IMG/VR virus record: IMGVR_UViG_3300020190_000010 | Location: 73,493-137,492 of that record | Source of the DNA: a virus | Reading direction: 5' to 3' (one strand) | DNA length: 64,000 nucleotides | Shown here: piece by piece, positions 1 to 8,603 of the stretch | Layout: every line of letters starts with the position of its first letter | How positions within the stretch are numbered: position 1 is the first letter of the stretch | The notes under the pieces: generated by a model | What the model saw: only the letters and a program-made list of their open reading frames with translations | Database searches by the model: none | Told to the model about the DNA's origin: nothing | Program-made: the position numbers and the translations under genes

Positions 1-1
1 A

Positions 2-1774
2 AGTAATACAACAAATAGAAGTAGCCCAGTTCAAATTGGAACTCTAACTAATTGGAAAGATGTTTCTGCAGGTCGTTCACATACAATGGCTATAAAAACA
101 GATGGAACGCTTTGGGGTTGGGGTTTTAATGTTTTTGGTCAATTGGGCGATGGAATCCAGACGAGTAAATCATCGCCCGTTCAAATTGGAACACGAACAT
201 GGACAACCGTTTCCGCCGGTGCAATTCATTCAGCCGCTATTCGTTCCGATGCCACTCTTTGGACATGGGGTAATAATGGAACTGGACAATTGGGCGATGT
301 AACCGTAGTAAGTAAATCATCGCCCGTTCAAGTTGGAACTAGAACATGGACAGATGTTGCGGCGGGTCTTTCTATGACTATGGCAGTTAGGGGCGATGGA
401 ACTCTTTGGACATGGGGTAATAATGATAATGGTCAATTGGGATTGCTTAGAGACCGCAGTAGACCTAATTATGTAGATACTTATACTACTTTTACAAGTA
501 TTACTACCGGAGATGAAGCTTCACTTGCGATAGCATATGACGGAACTCTTTGGTCCTGGGGATCAAACTCAGGTGGTGTACTTGGTCATAATGATGGCAT
601 TTCACGTAGTAGTCCAACACAAATTGGAACTAGAATTTGGAATAATGTATCAAGGGGAGATCATCTACATACATTAGCAGTCCGTAATGATAATACGTTA
701 TGGTCATGGGGCGCGAATATTTTTGGTTCTTTAGGACAAAACGATGATATATGGAGATCTAGTCCAGTTCAAGTTGGAACTTTGAGTAATTGGTCACAAG
801 TTTCTTCTGGATATTTACATTCTCATGCTGTTAAAACAAACGGTACACTTTGGGGTTGGGGGTACTTTGCTACCGGTGATGGTACAAGCAACAATAGATC
901 CAGTCCAGTTCAAGTTGGAACTTTGAGTAATTGGTCTCAAGTTTCATCACTATTCGCAGAGGCATTTGCATTAAAGACGGATGGAACTCTATGGGCATGG
1001 GGAATAAACTCATACGGAGCCCATGGCGATGGAACTACTACTTTTACGCTTTCTCCAGTGCAAATAGGAACTAGAACATGGTCATTTATTAGTGAAGGTG
1101 GTGGTGGTCTCCCATTAATGCAAACCTTTCATATGATTGCAGTTAGATCAGATGGAACTCTTTGGGCATGGGGACTCAATAATACAGGACAACTTGGACT
1201 GAATGATTTAGCAAACCGTAGTAGTCCAGTTCAAATAGGAACTGAAACAAATTGGGCATCCGGTGCAGTTGGTGGTAGTTCTACAATGGCAATAAAAACA
1301 AATGGAACTCTATGGGCATGGGGAAGGAACGCAAACGCTATGCTTGGATTAGGTGACACTATAAATCGTAGTAGTCCTGTTCAAGTTGGCACTTTATCAT
1401 CATGGGTTTCTGCCAGTATAGGTGAACAACATACAGTATTACTTCAAAATAATGGATACATATTAACTACTGGAGCTGCCAATCAATCCGGTGAACCTGG
1501 ATTTGAAACTAATAGGGCAATAAATCGTAGTTCTCCAGTTCAACTTGGTATCGATACAAATTGGCAAAGGGTAGAGGCAGCAATAAGTACAGGTGGACAA
1601 TTCATTGCACAAAAAACAGATGGAACACTTTGGTTATGGGGATCAAACACATCCGGTAATTTAGGTGACGGAACAGTTATTGCGAGGTCATCGCCAGTTC
1701 AAATTGGTAATGAAACAACTTGGGTTGATTTTAGTGCTAAGGGATTTCATTTTGTTGGTATAAAAAGATACTAA
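2..1774 (+). CDS. RCC1-repeat beta-propeller protein, 5'-truncated (likely tail fibre/receptor-binding)
   Basis: About 10 repeats of AIKxDGTLWxWGxNxxGQLG...RSSPVQIG. The frame is open from position 2 (SNTTNRSSPVQIG...), so the start lies upstream of the window. Confidence 0.85.
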   Translation, partial: SNTTNRSSPVQIGTLTNWKDVSAGRSHTMAIKTDGTLWGWGFNVFGQLGDGIQTSKSSPVQIGTRTWTTVSAGAIHSAAIRSDATLWTWGNNGTGQLGDVTVVSKSSPVQVGTRTWTDVAAGLSMTMAVRGDGTLWTWGNNDNGQLGLLRDRSRPNYVDTYTTFTSITTGDEASLAIAYDGTLWSWGSNSGGVLGHNDGISRSSPTQIGTRIWNNVSRGDHLHTLAVRNDNTLWSWGANIFGSLGQNDDIWRSSPVQVGTLSNWSQVSSGYLHSHAVKTNGTLWGWGYFATGDGTSNNRSSPVQVGTLSNWSQVSSLFAEAFALKTDGTLWAWGINSYGAHGDGTTTFTLSPVQIGTRTWSFISEGGGGLPLMQTFHMIAVRSDGTLWAWGLNNTGQLGLNDLANRSSPVQIGTETNWASGAVGGSSTMAIKTNGTLWAWGRNANAMLGLGDTINRSSPVQVGTLSSWVSASIGEQHTVLLQNNGYILTTGAANQSGEPGFETNRAINRSSPVQLGIDTNWQRVEAAISTGGQFIAQKTDGTLWLWGSNTSGNLGDGTVIARSSPVQIGNETTWVDFSAKGFHFVGIKRY

Positions 1775-1786
1775 TTAAAAATAAAG

Positions 1787-1818
1787 TTTGTTTATATTGT
1801 AAATTATTCGTATATTTG
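1787..1818 (+). promoter_or_regulatory. Bacteroidota-type sigma-A promoter (-33 TTTG / -7 TAnnTTTG)
   Basis: TTTG at 1787-1790, 20-nt spacer, TATATTTG at 1811-1818, upstream of the ATG at 1852. Confidence 0.7.
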
Positions 1819-1851
1819 TTATACTTTTGAAGAATAAAAAGGTTATATGTT

Positions 1852-2856
1852 ATGGAACAAAAAATTCATCCACTTGATGAAGCACTTTCCTATGCCATTA
1901 ACGGTGCACCCGAAAGAAGTGAGGAGATATTGAGAGACCAACCTCAAAATGACTATCGTGTTCTTTTTAATTTAGGATGGCACGAAATGCGTAAGGGTAA
2001 TATGCAAAAAGCATTTGAACATTTCAATTATGGTCGTTTCATTGATGTCTTTGGTCTTCCTGCATTGCCAGGAAACATATGGAAAGATGAACCGCTTGAG
2101 GGCAAAACACTTCTTTTCCGTTGTGAAGGTGGTTATGGAGACCAAATTCTTAATTTTCGTTTTGCTAAGAGATTTGAGGAGATGGGTGCAAGAGTTTTGG
2201 TGTCTTGTGCACCAGAATTAAAGGCATTATTCTCTCGTCACGGTTTTATTTGTGTAGACAATGAAGTAATTATGTGTGCACACTATGATTATTGGGTTCC
2301 GGCTATGTCTGCCGCTTATGTTTTGGGTATGGAATACGAAGATTTAGACGGTTCACCGTTTATTTTTCCAACTGAACCAAGAAAATTGTTTTCAAAACCA
2401 AATCATCTTAAAGTTGGTATTCGTTGGAGTGGTTCTCCTGAATTTGAAGATGAACAACACCGAAGATTTCCACCAGAATTGATGATAAACCTACATGATA
2501 TTCCAAATACAACACTCTATTCACTTCAGCGTGACGAAAATCTAGTTGATGGTCTTCCATTTGGTGATATGCGTGAACAAATGAAGTCTTGGGATGAAAC
2601 TGCTAACATTATTGCAGGTTGCGATGTTATCATTACATCATGCACGTCAATTGCACATCTTGCAGGTGCTATGGGTAAACCCACATGGATTGTTACGCCA
2701 ATCATGCCTTACTATTCGTGGGTTGTTCCAGGTAATACTTCTCGTTGGTATGATACTGTTAGACTGTTCAGACAAGAAAAATATGGTGAATGGGAAGCTC
2801 CTTTCCAAAAAATACGTGAAGAACTTACAAAATTAGCAGAAGGATATGCAAAATAA
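1852..2856 (+). CDS. TPR-like plus GT-B (GT9-like) glycosyltransferase
   Basis: W-x4-LEGKTLL..EGGYGDQI.xxRF, KVGIRWSG, and CDVIITSCTSIAHLAGAMGKPTW...WYDTVRLFRQ, typical of TPR-GT9-like proteins. Confidence 0.8.
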   Translation: MEQKIHPLDEALSYAINGAPERSEEILRDQPQNDYRVLFNLGWHEMRKGNMQKAFEHFNYGRFIDVFGLPALPGNIWKDEPLEGKTLLFRCEGGYGDQILNFRFAKRFEEMGARVLVSCAPELKALFSRHGFICVDNEVIMCAHYDYWVPAMSAAYVLGMEYEDLDGSPFIFPTEPRKLFSKPNHLKVGIRWSGSPEFEDEQHRRFPPELMINLHDIPNTTLYSLQRDENLVDGLPFGDMREQMKSWDETANIIAGCDVIITSCTSIAHLAGAMGKPTWIVTPIMPYYSWVVPGNTSRWYDTVRLFRQEKYGEWEAPFQKIREELTKLAEGYAK

Positions 2857-3641
2857 TGGATTCCAATAGATTGAGCATAGATATTGTTCTACGGACACAT
2901 AGTTTCATAGATATTCATGCTAATCCAACACCAAGATATTGTGGTGTTGATAAAACTACATTGGTTATTAAGTGTATTAAGTCATTGATTCAGTCTGCAG
3001 AACAATATGATGGAAAGATTCACTTTGTTTGGTTTGATGACCATTCATCACAAAAATTGATCGATGGGTTACATGACATTTTCAAAACATCTAAACACAC
3101 ATATGAGTTTAACCCATTAGAATTGCGTGGATGGAATGCATCTGGACATGCACAATTTGATAGAGGTCGTTCATCTACTGCCGATTTAGTTTATTTTGTG
3201 GAAGATGATTACCTACATTATCCGAATGCAATACTTGATATGGTGGACGCTTACATTCGTTTCAAAACGAATTTAGGAACAGAAGTTGCCATTCACCCAT
3301 ACGATGATCCAGATAATTACTTACCAAAGTTTATTGATGAAACTCGCGTTGTTCTCGGTAGAGATAGACATTGGAGAACAAACAAGTATTCAACATTTAC
3401 TTTTATGTGTAATCCTGAAATAGTCCGTAAGTTCTGGAGTAGATTTTATACTTGTGCAACTGAATACATGACAGAGTGGGGTGAGGCAAATGAAATACAA
3501 GAAGGAACTACTATCAATCATATTTGGCGTTGGGAAGTGAAGTTATTTACACCAATACCGTCACTTGCTCTTCATATGGGTTATGAAAGACAATTAGATC
3601 CTTATATTGATTGGAAGAAATTGTGGAATTTAATTCAGTAA
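2856..3641 (+). CDS. GT-A fold (GT2-like) glycosyltransferase
   Basis: N-terminal beta strand, FDDHS and DLVYFVEDDYLH acidic motif; translationally coupled to the upstream GT. Confidence 0.7.
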   Translation: MDSNRLSIDIVLRTHSFIDIHANPTPRYCGVDKTTLVIKCIKSLIQSAEQYDGKIHFVWFDDHSSQKLIDGLHDIFKTSKHTYEFNPLELRGWNASGHAQFDRGRSSTADLVYFVEDDYLHYPNAILDMVDAYIRFKTNLGTEVAIHPYDDPDNYLPKFIDETRVVLGRDRHWRTNKYSTFTFMCNPEIVRKFWSRFYTCATEYMTEWGEANEIQEGTTINHIWRWEVKLFTPIPSLALHMGYERQLDPYIDWKKLWNLIQ

Positions 3642-3684
3642 TCATATTTATTGATATGATATTTAATGAACAAAGGAATTTCCA

Positions 3685-4146
3685 ATGAGATATGCATTTG
3701 TAGAAAATGGTATAGTTAAAGAAAGTAATAGACCATTACCTATTATTTGGGCAAATGTTTCAAACTTTCATTTGTTTGATGTTGAAACTCTGAAAACTTA
3801 TGGTTGGTATCCGTATCGTTTTGTTGAAGCTCAAAAAGATGTGGATGATATTATTGATGGTTCTTATTTTTCTGTTGAAGAAAACGAAGTTGTTGAATAT
3901 CAAACTGTAAGAAAAAAATCAGAACAAGATATACAAAACGAAATAGATAACCAATGGGGTAATGTTCGTGCTCGTAGGAATATACAATTGATGGAAAGTG
4001 ATTGGACACAAGTTCTTGACAGTCCTTTTACAGACGAACAAAAAGAAGAATGGAAATTATATCGTCAGTTACTACGAGATATAACTTTACAAGTTGATGT
4101 TTTCAATATATCTTGGCCTGTAAAACCTGGAACAGAAAATGAATAA
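3685..4146 (+). CDS. Tail fibre assembly chaperone
   Basis: C-terminal WxxVRxxRNxxLxESDWTQxxDxP...WxxYRQxLRDIT...WP motif. Confidence 0.8.
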   Translation: MRYAFVENGIVKESNRPLPIIWANVSNFHLFDVETLKTYGWYPYRFVEAQKDVDDIIDGSYFSVEENEVVEYQTVRKKSEQDIQNEIDNQWGNVRARRNIQLMESDWTQVLDSPFTDEQKEEWKLYRQLLRDITLQVDVFNISWPVKPGTENE

Positions 4147-4882
4147 CAAAATTACAAAATTGATTAAGGAAATGAACCTTGCCATATTCAATGAAAATGA
4201 TTTGGTAGATAAGGATGTTCTTGTAATTTATCCTGGTAAATTTCAACCGATGGCAATATATCATAGAGAAGAATATGATAGAATTTGCCGTAAGTTTGAT
4301 AAAGAAAATGTTTATATTGTTACAGACGATACCACTGATCCAATAGAAAAACCACTAACATTTGATGAAAAGTCTGCAATTATGCGTCGTCATAATGTTA
4401 AGCGGATTATGAAATCAAATACACCATTTCATGCAACAGATGTTATCGAACAATTTGATAACGATAGCACCATTGTAATTTATGCGGTTGATAAAGACGA
4501 TGTATCAAAGTTGAAGGATTACAAAAGATTGATGTGTTGGAATGGTAGTAGTCAATTGGCATACAAAGATATTCAAAATCCGTATGTATATTATATGATT
4601 GTTAATCATGTTCGTTACAATATTCCAAGTTTTGGCGAGATGACACAAAAAAGTATTTTTTCTGCTTTGGCTGATAGAAGTGCTAAATTAGCTGAATTAA
4701 AGTCTCGTTTTATTTCTATATTTGGTTGGTTTGATGTTGAGATATTCAATATGGTTGTTTCCAAGTTCAATACAAAACGTGGAAAAATGAAAGAAGTAAA
4801 ATCCGATAAAAATGGTTTAAGACCAATCCACATGATAACAAGAAAATTTTGGAACAAAGTTTACAACGAAATAATAAAGTAA
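4139..4882 (+). CDS. Cytidylyltransferase-like (HUP fold) protein with degenerate HxGH motif
   Basis: VIYPGKFQPMAIYH and KPLTFDEK resemble phage NMNAT/CTP-transferase-like proteins. Confidence 0.55.
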   Translation: MNNKITKLIKEMNLAIFNENDLVDKDVLVIYPGKFQPMAIYHREEYDRICRKFDKENVYIVTDDTTDPIEKPLTFDEKSAIMRRHNVKRIMKSNTPFHATDVIEQFDNDSTIVIYAVDKDDVSKLKDYKRLMCWNGSSQLAYKDIQNPYVYYMIVNHVRYNIPSFGEMTQKSIFSALADRSAKLAELKSRFISIFGWFDVEIFNMVVSKFNTKRGKMKEVKSDKNGLRPIHMITRKFWNKVYNEIIK

Positions 4883-4893
4883 AAGGTTATGTT

Positions 4894-5511
4894 ATGGACA
4901 TTAAAATTGATAATTTGAATGATGTAAAAAAACTTCTTGCGGGAGAACACGAAAGTCAAAACAAAATTGCGGTAGGTTATATTGGAGATAATTCAGAAGA
5001 TAAAATATCCCGCAAAATTGGTGACAAGTGGTTCGATGAAGATGGAAATGAGTGGGAACAAAAGAATGGGTATAAAGTAAAACTTGGGAAAGAATGGCAA
5101 CAAGAGTTACATAATTACTTAAATACTTTTCCAAATTGTAGAAAAGAAAATTGTGTATGTATGTTTCCAAAAAAGATAGATGAAAAAATGCGTCGCATTC
5201 ATGGAATGTGTTTTGATTGTGTAGTTGAAATGGAACACAAAATTCGATTGGAAGGTAAGTGGGATGAATATGAAAAAAGAAAATTGAAAGAAAACGCAAT
5301 GGCTTGGTTAGCAGAAGCTGAAAAAGACAAGGATGCAGTTGCAAACGAATTATCAAACATGGAATTTTCAAATGATTTTGGTGATACTGAAAAATGGAAA
5401 ACTCCATTCAACAAAGAAGAAATGTTAGAAAAAATAGAAAATGAATTTGCAGAGTTTAGAAAGAACTTTATTGAAAAGTTAGAAAAGGATTTAGGAGAAA
5501 GAGTTGAATAA
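4894..5511 (+). CDS. Hypothetical protein with possible Zn-binding Cys motifs
   Basis: Long ORF with CxxxxCxC and CFDC; start placed at ATG 4894. Confidence 0.7.
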   Translation: MDIKIDNLNDVKKLLAGEHESQNKIAVGYIGDNSEDKISRKIGDKWFDEDGNEWEQKNGYKVKLGKEWQQELHNYLNTFPNCRKENCVCMFPKKIDEKMRRIHGMCFDCVVEMEHKIRLEGKWDEYEKRKLKENAMAWLAEAEKDKDAVANELSNMEFSNDFGDTEKWKTPFNKEEMLEKIENEFAEFRKNFIEKLEKDLGERVE

Positions 5512-5824
5512 ACTTAATCCAGTTGCTCAAACTTTTAGTGGTTTTAGTGGTAGAATATCATCCAAGCGTGTGATGATGTTTTTTTCTTTTGGTGTTATGA
5601 TATTTATGGCAATAGTATCAACCTTTTATGATAAGAAAGTTGAACAATTTATATTCGATGGTTTTCTTTACATAGTAGTTGGTAGTCTTTTTTCAGTAGC
5701 ATCAGAACAATTTGCAAACAAATTTACAAAGATAGAAAATGGAGAAGGTGATGAATACTATTCAGATTACGATGAGCAAGATATTATTGATGAACCACCA
5801 AAAAGAAAACGGAGAAATTTATGA
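5504..5824 (+). CDS. Two-TM membrane protein, holin-like
   Basis: SSKR followed by two hydrophobic helices and a charged tail; TTG start with AGGAG SD. Confidence 0.45.
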   Translation: MNKLNPVAQTFSGFSGRISSKRVMMFFSFGVMIFMAIVSTFYDKKVEQFIFDGFLYIVVGSLFSVASEQFANKFTKIENGEGDEYYSDYDEQDIIDEPPKRKRRNL

Positions 5825-6396
5825 AAGCGGTAATAATTGAAAGAGCAGTTCCAACTAATAAGAAACTTTATTCGAGAATAAAATCGAGAATTAAAAGTAA
5901 ATATAAAGTATGGCCAAGTGCATATGCTTCAGGTGCTCTTGTTAAAGCATACAAAGCTGCAGGTGGTGGATTTCGTAATGTAAAAGAAACTATTGTAAAT
6001 CCTGGCTATCAACTTGAAGGATATGCTACAAATGCTTGTGGTAAAATCACCGAATTACATTTTCGTTTACAAGAAAGTGAACCTAATATGATGAATGAAG
6101 CAGAATATCGTGGTAGAAAAGTATCATTAGGTAAACCATTCAGAACACCGGGTGGTCCAAAAAAATTTTCCGTGTATGTAAAAAAACCAAATGGTAATAT
6201 CGTAAAAGTAAACTTTGGTCACAAGGGCGAAGGTGGTAAGAAAACCATGCGTATTAAAAAAAGTAATGCAGCTCGTAGAAAATCATTTCGTGCTCGTCAC
6301 AATTGTCAATCTCCCGGACCAAGACATAAGGCAAGATATTGGTCATGCCGTTTTGGATGGCCGTCAAGTGGCAAAGGTGCAATAGATAAGACTTAA
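5821..6396 (+). CDS. Highly basic two-module protein (probable DNA-binding internal head protein)
   Basis: Modules WPSAYASGALVKAYK and GPKKFSVYVK...KVNFG...RKSFRARHNC...ARYWSC, each preceded by an IIE or MNE site. Confidence 0.65.
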   Translation: MKAVIIERAVPTNKKLYSRIKSRIKSKYKVWPSAYASGALVKAYKAAGGGFRNVKETIVNPGYQLEGYATNACGKITELHFRLQESEPNMMNEAEYRGRKVSLGKPFRTPGGPKKFSVYVKKPNGNIVKVNFGHKGEGGKKTMRIKKSNAARRKSFRARHNCQSPGPRHKARYWSCRFGWPSSGKGAIDKT

Positions 6397-6399
6397 TAT

Positions 6400-7524
6400 A
6401 TGAACCCAGCAACTTTCAAGTCGATGCTTACTCCCGAAATGGGAACAAATAATGTTACAGATACAGACCACGCTGCACAAATACTTGCTGATGCATATGA
6501 TTTGGCAAACATAGGTTCTAGTTGCACATTTTTTGGTTCATCAGTTATTAGTGGTGATAAAGATACATTGCAAAAATTTATCAAGTTAGCTTTTGATACC
6601 AATAAAACTACAAATACAAAAGAAGGTTTTATTTTAATGGCAACTGGATTTTGTGCATATTGGTTGAAAGCTATATTTACACCATTACCAACTTTGCCTC
6701 CTACGATAAGTCCGTTAAAAGGCACAACTGTTCTTTTTCCAGGAGAACCTACGGAATTGGAAAAAGATTTAATAAAGGCATTTGACCAACCAGAATTTGA
6801 AATGTTTGCTGATACATTGTATAATGCATTAGTTGCACATCATACTAAAATAGCAGGAACATATAATGGACTAATACCCGCTTTTCCATCACCAATTCCT
6901 GGTATATTGCCTTGGGTTGCAATTTTAAGTGCACCTTTACCTGATACAGGAACTTCCGGCACAAGTGGAAAGGATGGATCATCTGGAACAAAAGGTAATG
7001 GTGGAACTGGTGGAACATCTGGAACTGGTGGAACATCTGGAACTGGTGGAACATCTGGAACTGGTGGAACATCTGGAACTTCTGGTTCTGGTGGAACTGG
7101 TGGAACATCTGGAACTGGTGGAACATCTGGAACTGGTGGAACATCTGGAACTTCTGGTTCTGGTGGAACTGGTGGAACATCTGGAACTTCTGGTTCTGAT
7201 AAAGGTATGGGTGGGTTCGATACAAAAGGAGTTTCTGATTATAGAGTAAAGTTAAGATTATCTAATATAGTTCGTAGTGTTGATGGAAAATATAATGCAG
7301 ATTCTATAATAAGATTTGCTTTAAGTGACTTCCAAAGACCTGTACCTAACCAAATAAAATATGATAGTACGTTTAATAAAAAATTGATACCAGAGATTGG
7401 AAACTTAAAAGGACAAGATAGAAATAGATTATTTTACATATTCGATTATATGATTGAACAAAAAAATCTTGAATTAGACAATATAACTGGATATGTAAAA
7501 TATGGATCAGTTAAAATAACATAA
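6400..7524 (+). CDS. Hypothetical virion protein with Gly/Thr/Ser repeat linker
   Basis: Long ORF with a central (GTGGTS)n tract. Confidence 0.7.
   Translation: MNPATFKSMLTPEMGTNNVTDTDHAAQILADAYDLANIGSSCTFFGSSVISGDKDTLQKFIKLAFDTNKTTNTKEGFILMATGFCAYWLKAIFTPLPTLPPTISPLKGTTVLFPGEPTELEKDLIKAFDQPEFEMFADTLYNALVAHHTKIAGTYNGLIPAFPSPIPGILPWVAILSAPLPDTGTSGTSGKDGSSGTKGNGGTGGTSGTGGTSGTGGTSGTGGTSGTSGSGGTGGTSGTGGTSGTGGTSGTSGSGGTGGTSGTSGSDKGMGGFDTKGVSDYRVKLRLSNIVRSVDGKYNADSIIRFALSDFQRPVPNQIKYDSTFNKKLIPEIGNLKGQDRNRLFYIFDYMIEQKNLELDNITGYVKYGSVKIT
6949..7197 (+). repeat. 18-bp tandem repeat GGAACTGGTGGAACATCT encoding GTGGTS
   Basis: About 10 near-identical in-frame copies with GTSGSG variants. Confidence 0.9.
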
Positions 7525-7542
7525 TACTACATATTTATCTAT

Positions 7543-7887
7543 ATGAATAAATGCACAGAAAATATAGTAAGAGAAATAATAAACAAATATCTACGATCAG
7601 TAATCATCGAAGGAAAAAAACCCAGTGGTGGTCTTACTGGTTGGTTTAGAGAAAAATGGGTTGATATTTCTCGTAATAAAAAAAGTGGTGGCCATCCACC
7701 ATGCGGCGCCTCTGCTGGTAGTAAGGCAAGAAAAGGTGGTAAAAGAGCATATCCCAAATGTGTTCCTGCATCAAAAGCCGCTTCAATGTCAAAAAAACAA
7801 AAAAGAAGTGCAGTATCACGAAAAAGAAAACACGGTACAACCGGTCGTGGTAAGGCAAAAATGGTTTCAACTTATACAAAAGGTTAA
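7543..7887 (+). CDS. Small basic protein (probable internal head protein)
   Basis: GGLTGWFREKWVDI...CG...YPKCVP, K/R-rich, following an IIE site. Confidence 0.65.
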   Translation: MNKCTENIVREIINKYLRSVIIEGKKPSGGLTGWFREKWVDISRNKKSGGHPPCGASAGSKARKGGKRAYPKCVPASKAASMSKKQKRSAVSRKRKHGTTGRGKAKMVSTYTKG

Positions 7888-7889
7888 TT

Positions 7890-8228
7890 ATGAATGGTGT
7901 TTTGGAAGAAAAAATTGGCAAATATGTGAAAATGTTTGTCATTGGAGTTTTTGCAATACTTTTTGTTTATTTAGTTTATGACAATAATCGTTCAAAAGAA
8001 CAGATAAAGACATCAACAAAAACAAAAGATAGTTTAGACGCTTTAATAAACAAATATGAGTTTGATTATACTAATTTGAAAAAAAGAGCTGATGAATTAG
8101 ACTCACTAATTAAAGTTCGTAAGGACAGTATTCTTATCATACGAAAAAAATTCTATGTTTATCGTGATAAAGAAATAAAAAATCCTGATGAAGCCACAAA
8201 GTATATTATCAACTTTTTGAAAGACTAA
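7890..8228 (+). CDS. N-terminal TM plus coiled coil (i-spanin-like)
   Basis: One hydrophobic helix followed by a heptad-rich region. Confidence 0.45.
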   Translation: MNGVLEEKIGKYVKMFVIGVFAILFVYLVYDNNRSKEQIKTSTKTKDSLDALINKYEFDYTNLKKRADELDSLIKVRKDSILIIRKKFYVYRDKEIKNPDEATKYIINFLKD

Positions 8229-8231
8229 TCT

Positions 8232-8603
8232 ATGAAGTATTTAATTGCCCTATTATTTTCAGTAACAACTGTGTTTGCAGTTGAAAATGACTCTGTTATA
8301 TGTTTTAAGAAAACCGATGTGGTGAAGATGGCAAATCGTATTCAACTAATTCGTGATTCAGTTGAATATCTAACCGCAGTTGTAAATGCTCAAGATACTT
8401 TAATAGAATTTCACCAAACTCGTTTTGACTTATATCACCAACAATTAAAAAATCGTGACCAAGCTATTGATGCTTGTAAAAAAAGAAGTGTAGAATTGGA
8501 AAAAATTATTGATGAACTCCAACCAAAATGGTATGATAATAAATTACTTTGGTTCTTTACTGGTGTTGGAACTACTCTTGGGATAGTATTTGCAGTTCAA
8601 TGA
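8232..8603 (+). CDS. Signal peptide, coiled coil and C-terminal TM (spanin-like partner)
   Basis: MKYLIALLFSVTTVFA signal, coiled coil, C-terminal KWY...hydrophobic segment. Confidence 0.4.
   Translation: MKYLIALLFSVTTVFAVENDSVICFKKTDVVKMANRIQLIRDSVEYLTAVVNAQDTLIEFHQTRFDLYHQQLKNRDQAIDACKKRSVELEKIIDELQPKWYDNKLLWFFTGVGTTLGIVFAVQ

Noticed and set aside
6949-7197. 18-bp tandem repeat as a CRISPR array
   Set aside because: No unique spacers; it is an in-frame Gly/Thr/Ser coding repeat.
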